A DNA stretch of 62,294 bases, taken from assembly GCA_049643445.1 (NCBI GenBank), contig JBARPZ010000362.1:1-62294 (forward strand). Reading direction: 5' to 3'. This document shows positions 9,737 to 16,708 of the stretch, one piece after another; position 1 is the stretch's first letter; each line of letters starts with the position of its first letter. The DNA is from Sedimentisphaerales bacterium (GTDB taxonomy: Bacteria > Planctomycetota > Phycisphaerae > Sedimentisphaerales > Anaerobacaceae). Under the pieces are notes generated by a model. It made no database searches, was not told where the DNA came from, and saw only the letters and a program-made list of their open reading frames with translations. The position numbers and the translations under genes were made by a program.

Positions 9737-10123
9737 ATGAAAAATCCGCAGCAAAATGGTTTTGTATTGATACTTGTAGTAGCAGCAATAGGCTTGATCG
9801 GAGCCATGATGATCGTTTTAACCGGTAGTGCGAATAAGATCCTGTTCCAATCAGATACCGCTTACCTTCGGGCATGCCGGCGGAACCTGGTAACAAGCGG
9901 TTTGACATGGGCAAAACGAAATATCAAAAATGAAAACAAAGAAACCTTTAACAGGACCATAGAGTTGGATGTTACCTCAATGAGCATTAGCGGCGCGACC
10001 TTAAGTGTTAATATAGACATTCCGAAAGATCAGGAACCAGAAGTTCAAATAAACACATCGTGCAGTCGCGTGAGGCGGACCCTAAGGCACAATGAAAAAT
10101 ATCGCATTGGACTCAGACAGTAA
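9737..10123 (+). CDS. minor pseudopilin-like protein lacking Glu+5
   Basis: It has the N-terminal MKNPQQNG|FVLILVVAAIGLIGAMMIV with no Glu at +5, as in GspK-type minor pseudopilins. It starts 3 nt after the previous gene. Confidence 0.45.
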   Translation: MKNPQQNGFVLILVVAAIGLIGAMMIVLTGSANKILFQSDTAYLRACRRNLVTSGLTWAKRNIKNENKETFNRTIELDVTSMSISGATLSVNIDIPKDQEPEVQINTSCSRVRRTLRHNEKYRIGLRQ

Positions 10124-10255
10124 TTCTCATATAAAGCGGTTCGAGGTTTCCTGTTAGGCTTGGTCGACCTTCTCTAACCAAATGCATCGAAATATCCACT
10201 CTAATTTACTATAGTTCTCGTGTTTAGGCATACTTTGTATCCCCTGTTTCTCAGG

Positions 10256-10271
10256 TTTTTTTTGGGGGGGG
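10256..10271. repeat. T8G8 double homopolymer tract
   Basis: The sequence TTTTTTTTGGGGGGGG is read directly. It is intergenic and abuts repeat copy A. Confidence 0.9.
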
Positions 10272-10408
10272 TACCTACAACCGAGATACAACCACGGAGG
10301 CCATTATCTACCAATTCGCCAAAAATGACCATCTCATAAACCCTTCGCTTGCAGTAAGTTATAAAAAAGTGAAAATTTAGCGCCGGATTCAAAGTCCGTC
10401 GTTCAAAA
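10272..10408 (+). repeat. copy A of a three-copy ~115-nt intergenic repeat family
   Basis: It shares the core TTATCTACCAATTCGCCAAAAATGACCAT..CATAAA...AAAAGTGAAAATTTA with 21008-21124 and 29608-29732. All three copies are in the same orientation. Confidence 0.6.
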
Positions 10409-10636
10409 AGTGCGCCTATAATCCACATTCGGCAGAATATTCCACAAGAATGTGAATATAGCCAAGCTCCTGCGCGTATATTATGTTATAATAGTACGCC
10501 GTTATGACGTAGCCAAATTGGGAACGTTATGAAGCTATCTATCTGGAAAATCTCGACTTGGATAGATACGGGCCTGGCGTTGTAGCTGGGCTTGAAAATG
10601 AAAGGAACCGACAAGGTATATAGGAAAGGAGCGGTT

Positions 10637-12514
10637 ATGACTTATTCCAAAAGTTTCAGGAAGTGCGTAATCACCGTACTGGCAGTACTGATGATAGTCG
10701 GTAGTGCCTGGGCAGCAGACGCGGCGAAAAAAACGAGGGACCGGGCATTGCAGATGCTTCCGGCCGATACGCTGTTCTGTGTCAGGGTAAACAATCTTGA
10801 CAGCACCGCCGCGTCCGTGAATGAGTATCTTAAAGGTGTTGCCCCGGAGTCGCTCGATATTAAAGATGAGTTGCTTTCAAAACTGGCAGAGAGGCTGGGC
10901 AGTGAGAAGCCGAGGGGTGTTAATGTAAAGGGAACCTTCGCGATATTCGGCGTAAACCTGCCGAGTAAGGAGTCTGAGGTCAACCCCTTTGCCAACCTGT
11001 TTGTAGGGGCTTTAGTACAGGTCAACAATTACGACACCTTCGTCTCCAAAAATCCAAACGTGGGTGAAGCCGACGATGATGGTATCTCCAAAATAACAGT
11101 GGACGGGCATGAAGAAGCAATCGTTACGAAGAAAGGCCGGTTTGCCGTAATGTGTCCGCCCAGGTCCCGAGACAAGCTGATACGCTTCAAGAAGATGCGG
11201 ATCGGCAGGAAACGCGGATTGGGTGCTGTGCTGGACGAGAGCGAGAAGGAGTTGTTTAGGGCTTCGCCTATCTGGTTGTACGGAAATGTGCAGCAGTCTT
11301 CGAAGCTGTTCGCACCGTTGGTTTTTGCGCAGATCGAGGCGATGAAGGGATTGCTGAAGATGACACAGAAGCAGGGCAAGACCGCTATGGTGGATCCTGC
11401 CGCCATTGTCGACTTCTACATTGAGATATTCGAGATGCTGCTCAAGGGAACCGACCGTCTCGCCATCGGGATTGTGCCCACGGCCGAAAAGTGCACGTTT
11501 ACGCTGCAATGCAAGGCCGTTGACGGCACGCTCCTGGCACAGTTGCTGGTCGCGCCCGAGGGCGGCGACCTCAGCGAATTGATCGGCTATCTTGAGAACG
11601 GGGCATTCGCGAATGTTATCACCAAGGTCGATCGAAAGGGCATGAAGCTTGGCTACATGAAAATGTTCGATCTTTTCGCCTCCATATCACCCGATGCCAT
11701 GGACAAGGCCGAAACTGACAAGCTCAGGAAGCTGACCACCAGGTTCATCAATGCCATTGGCGATGGTATTGCGATATCGATGAAGTCCGGCGACGAGAAA
11801 AGCGGACCGTTCTCCTTTAAGTACGTCATCCAGGTCAAAGATGAACAAGCCTTCAAAGAGGTCATCGAAGAGGAATTCAAGATGATCGAGGAAGGGATGT
11901 TCGATAAGATGTACAAAGCCCTCGGCCTCGATATCCATTTGAAAATCGAGCGCGAGACAGCTACTTACAGGGGCGTAGAGATAAGCTCGGCCAGGCTGTC
12001 GTTCAAAATGGCCGAGGAGGATTCGAAAGAAGCCGAGATGATCGAAAAGATCTGGGGTAAGGGGCTGCAAATCCGCTTGGCGCTGCTTGATGGCTACTGT
12101 GCCTACGCATTCGGCGGCGACAGCGATAAAATCGTCCGCAACCTCATCGACCAGGTCAAGGCTGGTGGGCCGGACGGTTTAGCTTCAGAGATCGAGGCTG
12201 CCATCGACATACTTGAAGTCGGCGATGAGAATGACGATGAGGACTATGATTTTGGCGGGACGTTCAACTTTGTGCGGATGCTTAATATGACGTCTGGATT
12301 TATTGCCGCCTCGGGTGGGCCTCAGATCAAACCGCTGAACATGCTGACAAAGAGCAATATTGTTTTTGCCGGTCGGTCCCGAGATGGTAAGCTGCTCGTC
12401 GAGAGTGTGCTGCCGAAACAGCATCTGCTCGAGATCAAGGCCGCGGGTGAGAAGTTCGGTGAAGAGATGGGAAAAGGCGTGAAGGAGATGCAAAAGAAAA
12501 ATTCACCGAGATAG
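10637..12514 (+). CDS. secreted protein of unknown function (~625 aa)
   Basis: I moved the start to ATG 10637, preceded by the RBS AGGAG. It has the signal peptide MTYSKSFRKCVITVLAVLMIVGSAWA|AD. I recognise no catalytic motif. It is the last same-strand gene after the pseudopilin genes. Confidence 0.6.
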   Translation: MTYSKSFRKCVITVLAVLMIVGSAWAADAAKKTRDRALQMLPADTLFCVRVNNLDSTAASVNEYLKGVAPESLDIKDELLSKLAERLGSEKPRGVNVKGTFAIFGVNLPSKESEVNPFANLFVGALVQVNNYDTFVSKNPNVGEADDDGISKITVDGHEEAIVTKKGRFAVMCPPRSRDKLIRFKKMRIGRKRGLGAVLDESEKELFRASPIWLYGNVQQSSKLFAPLVFAQIEAMKGLLKMTQKQGKTAMVDPAAIVDFYIEIFEMLLKGTDRLAIGIVPTAEKCTFTLQCKAVDGTLLAQLLVAPEGGDLSELIGYLENGAFANVITKVDRKGMKLGYMKMFDLFASISPDAMDKAETDKLRKLTTRFINAIGDGIAISMKSGDEKSGPFSFKYVIQVKDEQAFKEVIEEEFKMIEEGMFDKMYKALGLDIHLKIERETATYRGVEISSARLSFKMAEEDSKEAEMIEKIWGKGLQIRLALLDGYCAYAFGGDSDKIVRNLIDQVKAGGPDGLASEIEAAIDILEVGDENDDEDYDFGGTFNFVRMLNMTSGFIAASGGPQIKPLNMLTKSNIVFAGRSRDGKLLVESVLPKQHLLEIKAAGEKFGEEMGKGVKEMQKKNSPR

Positions 12515-12517
12515 GCT

Positions 12518-12545
12518 AACAAAAAATCCCAAAGGGATTTGTAGG
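12518..12545. terminator. putative bidirectional intrinsic terminator
   Basis: The stem is AAATCCC(12524-30)/GGGATTT(12534-40) with loop AAA. An A-run lies upstream on the + strand, so on the - strand the hairpin is followed by TTTTTTG. It sits 4 nt after the stop of 10637-12514. Confidence 0.45.
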
Positions 12546-12559
12546 CATTGGGAGCATTT

Positions 12560-13100
12560 ATTTGGCCGGCGGAGTAGCCGAGAGACTTACGCCGGGTGTT
12601 AATTTTCATTCGCAGCAGCATTTTATTGGCTTTAATTGGGTTTGTATTGGGTTTGTTTTGGCTTTAATTGGCTTTGAATTGGCTTTGTATTGGGTTTGTA
12701 TTGGCTTTGAATTGGCTTTGTTTTCCTAATTGACCAAGTGTCCAATTGTACATAATTCCTTGTTAGTACTTTATTTACGTTCAACTTGACTTTTCGGAAT
12801 TTGGCTTTGTTTTGCATAAAAAGTTTATTTTTTCGTACGTAGACTTTCGTACTTCGTAAGTCGTTTATTAACCACGGATTAACACTGATTTCACGGATTT
12901 TTTCACCACGAAGGCACGAAGAACACGAAGAGAAATTAGACAGGATAACAGGATTAACAGAGATCATAGAGGTTTTTGGCCGGCTAAATAAGTGTTTATT
13001 TATCATTAATACACCAAAATGTTTCAATATTTGTCTTTTATGATGCAAAATAATGCCTTTTTGACTTGGGCTGCTGCCCTACTCGTGCGGTTCTTCGCAA
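12560..13100 (-). repeat. R1, a ~0.5-kb copy of a dispersed intergenic element and the inverted partner of 39819-40292
   Basis: The reverse complement aligns with 39819-40292. Examples: ATAAACGACTTACGAAGTACGAAAG identical; ACACTTGGTCAATTAGGAAAA identical; GAACCGCACGAG.AGGGCA at the inner ends; AAAATGCTGCTGC at the outer ends. Identity by eye is about 75-90% in the alignable blocks. Confidence 0.75.
12626..12722. repeat. tandem array of nine 10-11-bp units, TTGG(C/G)TTTG(T/A)A
   Basis: Units start at 12626, 12636, 12647, 12658, 12668, 12679, 12690, 12701 and 12712. Mean period is about 10.8 bp. Confidence 0.9.
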
Positions 13101-13143
13101 TAATTAGTATTTAGTATCTCGTATTTAGTATATAGCCGGTTGA

Positions 13144-13208
13144 GGCCGAGACGGCCGGTATTGCTTATTGACCGCCTACTGGCGGTTTACGTTTGTCTGC
13201 TGGCAAAC
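13144..13208. other. three consecutive short GC-rich stem-loops
   Basis: The three are GGCCG-AGA-CGGCC (13144-56), ACCGCC-TACT-GGCGGT (13171-86) and GTTTG.C-TGCT-G.CAAAC (13191-208). The first hairpin plus its flank recurs at 19035-19062. Confidence 0.5.
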
Positions 13209-13386
13209 ATAAGAATATATTAACATATTACCAAACAATGTTCAACAAAAAAATGAAAAAAAGTGCTTTTTTTAACCACGGATTTACACAGATTTTCGCG
13301 GATTTTTATTGTGGACGGGTGGGGGCGGGATTGGTAAATTGGGGGTTTAAAGATCGCAGATATACGTGAGACGCTTTTCAATGATT

Positions 13387-13436
13387 ATTGATAAAGGATA
13401 ATTGATTATTTATTGGATAAGGATGATTGATTATTG
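13387..13436 (+). repeat. tandem duplication of a ~25-nt AT-rich unit (TGATTATT motifs)
   Basis: ATTGATAAAGGATAATTGATTATTT is followed by ATTGGATAAGGATGATTGATTATTG. It lies 20 nt upstream of the 34-nt repeat and about 70 nt upstream of gene 13509. Confidence 0.7.
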
Positions 13437-13455
13437 TAAACGAAACCGGCGCGTT

Positions 13456-13490
13456 GGATTCTTATACGGAAACCATATATACAATAGTTG
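13456..13490 (+). promoter_or_regulatory. 34-nt conserved element (copy 1) upstream of island gene 1
   Basis: GGATTCTTATACGGAAACCATATATACAATAGTTG matches 14219-14252 at 31 of 34 positions. It contains the imperfect palindrome TATACGGAAACCATATA and a TATATA box. It ends 18 nt before ATG 13509. Confidence 0.5.
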
Positions 13491-13508
13491 CGGATTTGAG
13501 AAACGGGA

Positions 13509-14156
13509 ATGGATTGGAACGAGTTGGTATTAGAGTTCATGCTGCCAGCAGTTGGCTCGATTGCAACTGTTTTTGCGGCAGGGACAGCGATATGGGGCAT
13601 TCGCGCTTGGCGGCGAGAATATTTGGGCAAGCGTCGAATCGATCTTTCAGAAGAGATACTTGCGCTCATATATGAGGCGCGTGATGTCTTAGAAGCGGTC
13701 AGGTCTCCACTTAGTCGTAAGGGGGAAGGTTCGACGCGACAGGCAAATCCCGACGAGACACCGAAGGAAAAGGAAATGTTGGATCAAGCATACGTCCAGA
13801 TCGAACGATGTAACACACGCCAAGATTTATTTGCACAACTCCGCTCCTTGCGGTATCGTTTCATGGCGCAACATGGACGAGAAGCGGGCAACTTGTTTGA
13901 AGAGTTGAACGCGATAAGACGTGAGCTTTCGAGGCCGATTAATAAGTTGCACCTTCGTATTGGGGCATTGCGGCGGAAAAAAGACACTAGAAATAATGAT
14001 GCGTTTGACAAAGAACTCGACAAAATTTGGCAGGAGGAATGGCAAACGATTTACGGTTATGAAGGTGACAATTCTGACGGCGAGGATCCACTACTCAAGA
14101 GAGTTGACGCAATAGTTAAGCAGTTCGAAGAGATATGCCGTAAAACAATTAACTAA
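13509..14156 (+). CDS. single-pass membrane protein with a helical cytoplasmic domain; unknown function (island gene 1)
   Basis: 215 aa. It has an N-terminal TM helix LEFMLPAVGSIATVFAAGTAIWGI. The rest is charged and helical. No motif is recognised. Confidence 0.55.
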   Translation: MDWNELVLEFMLPAVGSIATVFAAGTAIWGIRAWRREYLGKRRIDLSEEILALIYEARDVLEAVRSPLSRKGEGSTRQANPDETPKEKEMLDQAYVQIERCNTRQDLFAQLRSLRYRFMAQHGREAGNLFEELNAIRRELSRPINKLHLRIGALRRKKDTRNNDAFDKELDKIWQEEWQTIYGYEGDNSDGEDPLLKRVDAIVKQFEEICRKTIN

Positions 14157-14218
14157 ACAATTTTAACTTGGGGCGAGTGCAGCGAAAATGATGTCTGTCC
14201 CTAATAAACAAGGATACT

Positions 14219-14252
14219 GGGTTCTTATACGGAAACCATATAAACAGTAGTT
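14219..14252 (+). promoter_or_regulatory. 34-nt conserved element (copy 2) upstream of island gene 2
   Basis: GGGTTCTTATACGGAAACCATATAAACAGTAGTT ends 26 nt before ATG 14279. Confidence 0.5.
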
Positions 14253-14278
14253 ATGTGTCATTGTAGAAAAGAGTAGCT

Positions 14279-15199
14279 ATGCAAGAAATTAAATTATGGA
14301 ATATTCATGATGATAATGTTGTTCAAATTAAGAAAGAGCATTTAGATTATGAAAGTAGACTGGAAAAATGGCTTATTGAAGATATATCAATCCTATCAAG
14401 TAATTTAGCAGTAGTTGGTACACAGGTTGTAACTTCATTCGGGAAAAAGATTGATATATTAGCGATAAATTCTATTGGGGAATTAATTATTTTAGAGCTA
14501 AAAAGAGATAAAACATATAGAGAAGTTATTGCGCAAGCATTAGATTATGCTACCTGGATAAAAGATTTATCTTATGAAGATTTGAATAATATTCTGAATA
14601 AATACGGAAAATCAGAATACAAAGATATTGGCGACTTATTTACAGCATCATTTAACAAAGAAGTTGATGATATAGATTTTAATTCAGATCATAAAATGTT
14701 AATTGTTGGATCCGAGATAGACGATTCCACGATAAGGATAATTAATTACCTTTCCAATGAACCTTATTCAGTAAACATCAATGCAGTTAACTTTAATTAC
14801 TTTAAAGACGATAATGGCCAGGAATATTTAGCGCAATCATTTATAAACCCAGAAGTGAATATAACTGAAGAAAGCCGAAGTAAAAAACGAAAAAGGGCTA
14901 AATCGATTATTGCAAGCCTTTTTGAACAAGATAAACTTCAAGTAGGACAGAAAGTATATTTCAAACCAGCTATTGATCAAGGACACAGAAAAGATAATGT
15001 ATGTGCAGAAATAGTAAATAAAAATCAGAATTGTTTAAAAAGGAAAGATAAGGAGGAATTGTATTCCTTTAGCAAATTACGAGGAATTCTAACTGATGAA
15101 TTAGAATTAGAGGATGTTAACAAATTTTGGGGTTTTGGTGTTAGATACGATTGGATTACTGAAAGTGGTAAAAACTTATCTGATTTACTTGAAGAATAG
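14279..15199 (+). CDS. NucS/DUF91-like PD-(D/E)xK nuclease domain protein with a RAMA/DUF4357-like C-terminal module (island gene 2)
   Basis: 306 aa. The core LEKWLIEDISIL...GKKIDILAINSIGELIILELKRDKTYREVIAQALDYATWI fits the D...ExK NucS-type fold. The C-terminus (LQVGQKVYF...ELYSFSKLRGIL...WGFGVRYDWITESGKNLSDL) resembles RAMA-type modules. The gene is very AT-rich: sampled 60-nt lines are 25-30% G+C. Confidence 0.6.
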   Translation: MQEIKLWNIHDDNVVQIKKEHLDYESRLEKWLIEDISILSSNLAVVGTQVVTSFGKKIDILAINSIGELIILELKRDKTYREVIAQALDYATWIKDLSYEDLNNILNKYGKSEYKDIGDLFTASFNKEVDDIDFNSDHKMLIVGSEIDDSTIRIINYLSNEPYSVNINAVNFNYFKDDNGQEYLAQSFINPEVNITEESRSKKRKRAKSIIASLFEQDKLQVGQKVYFKPAIDQGHRKDNVCAEIVNKNQNCLKRKDKEELYSFSKLRGILTDELELEDVNKFWGFGVRYDWITESGKNLSDLLEE

Positions 15200-15291
15200 T
15201 ACTGAGAAAACACATAACAGATCGTTGCACCTGACTTTTTTTCGCCTCGCTCCAAAATGCAGGTGAACTCAAGCTTTCGCCGGAAGAGATA

Positions 15292-15753
15292 ATGGACCAG
15301 AAATTTAAGGATCTGATCGATGGATTACACAGAAGATATGAGGACCTCATGGCCATGTCTCCTGTTACCATCGACACAACTCCGAATGAATGCCCCGTAG
15401 GCGGAGTCTACCTCTTCAGTGAGAACGGCACTCATCTTTATGCAGGCAGAACGAAGAGGAAGATAAAGAAGAGGTTGAAGGGGCATGTTAACACAGCCGT
15501 GGATTGTCCGTTTGCATGGCACCTTGCACGAGAAACAACAGGCATAAAGAAGGCCACGTACAAGAAAGAGGGATCTCGAAGGGATCTTCTCTCTCAACCA
15601 GAGTTTCGGCAAGCGTATGAATCAGCAAAGGACCGAATCCGAAGAATGGAAGTTCGGTTCGTTGGTGAGTCAGACCCCTTGAAACAAGCACTTCTCGAAA
15701 TCTATGTCGCTGTTGTTTCCGGGGCGAAATACAATGACTTTGACACACACTAA
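15292..15753 (+). CDS. GIY-YIG nuclease-domain protein (island gene 3)
   Basis: 153 aa. GGVYLFSENGTHLYAGRTKRKIKKRLKGH supplies the GIY, YxG, Arg and His positions. The later ALLEIYVAV supplies the conserved Glu. Confidence 0.6.
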   Translation: MDQKFKDLIDGLHRRYEDLMAMSPVTIDTTPNECPVGGVYLFSENGTHLYAGRTKRKIKKRLKGHVNTAVDCPFAWHLARETTGIKKATYKKEGSRRDLLSQPEFRQAYESAKDRIRRMEVRFVGESDPLKQALLEIYVAVVSGAKYNDFDTH

Positions 15754-15838
15754 TGGAATGGCGAACAAAGCCTTGGAGCCTACCGTGTAAACGCGGCGGC
15801 TCAAGGCAGTCCGTTCGACAACAATAACTATTGGATAG

Positions 15839-16708
15839 ATGATGCGTCTACGAATTCACATTGCAATGGCCAATGAAGAACTCGTCGCTCTAGTCAACGA
15901 GGGATACGATGCCATTTCAGCTATGCAAGCTGCCTATCAGGAAAGAAAAGCCAGTGAAGCCTATAACGACTCGAAGGACGTCGACGAACTCATAGCGCCA
16001 GTTAACGCTTGGGCGGATAAAGTAGTCGAATCGTTGGGACGAATTTTCCCGACGCAACTTGAGAAGAACCTGTTTCTTGATCCGGAAATCCCATTCGGTG
16101 CCGTCAGCGGCGACTACAAATACCAAAGTGCACTCAATCGGTGCCGCCACTTTGTCCGCGGCCTCAACAAGATCCGAATACATAACCTTCCCGAGTACAC
16201 GGACCTACCGCTGGACGTCCGGTTGTACGTCGAAGATATCGACAGCTTTCGCAAGGTTCGTGACGTCAATCCTGCTACCGTGATGGACGTGCTGACAGAC
16301 GGCTATCTTAACCGATCAGAAGACTCAATACAGACCGCACTAGAACGAATTCTAAGTGTTCCGTTCCACAAGAAGGATTGGGGGGGAGAGCAAAACGATC
16401 TTTACACTGCCAACCTGCTCATCAACGGGGCACGTCACGAGACCGCATTTCTATTGAAGGGCAATGGACTACGAAGCAAAACCATGGAAATTAAGCACTG
16501 CGGCGTCAACGGAGATCAGATCCTTCGCCTCTGTAACTCTCCTGCGAAGCTCTTCGTGGTTCAGTTTGTTGGCAGAATTTCAGAGGCTATCGTATCGGAC
16601 ATTGACGGTAAAGTGCGACACGCACGCTCTCAAGGAAAAGAGATGTGGTATTGCATCATGGACGGTCAAGACACCGCGAGGGTCCTTCGAGCATATGGCG
16701 AGTTGTAG
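15839..16708 (+). CDS. unknown protein with a possible restriction-endonuclease-like C-terminal domain (island gene 4)
   Basis: 289 aa. The N-terminal half is helical. The C-terminal block is KDWGGEQNDLYTANLLINGARHETAFLLKG...HCGVNGDQILRL...LFVVQFVGRISEAIV, with an acidic residue then a beta-strand ending in K, as in PD-(D/E)xK folds. The assignment is tentative. The start could be Met10 (15866). Confidence 0.4.
   Translation: MMRLRIHIAMANEELVALVNEGYDAISAMQAAYQERKASEAYNDSKDVDELIAPVNAWADKVVESLGRIFPTQLEKNLFLDPEIPFGAVSGDYKYQSALNRCRHFVRGLNKIRIHNLPEYTDLPLDVRLYVEDIDSFRKVRDVNPATVMDVLTDGYLNRSEDSIQTALERILSVPFHKKDWGGEQNDLYTANLLINGARHETAFLLKGNGLRSKTMEIKHCGVNGDQILRLCNSPAKLFVVQFVGRISEAIVSDIDGKVRHARSQGKEMWYCIMDGQDTARVLRAYGEL

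Noticed and set aside
12626-12722. Tandem arrays considered as a CRISPR array (also 40138-40222)
   Set aside because: The period is only 10-11 bp, with no unique spacers between repeats, and no cas genes are in the window.
12632-13048. 138-aa ORF in R1 and 94-aa ORF in R2 (39890-40174) sharing ...LINDLRSTK.YVR..KLF.QN..KFRK...DTWSIRK..., considered as a conserved small protein
   Set aside because: Differences between the two copies fall in all codon positions, with many non-conservative replacements. The ORFs run through the 10-11-bp tandem arrays and start at non-homologous points. The similarity is more simply explained by a non-coding repeat.
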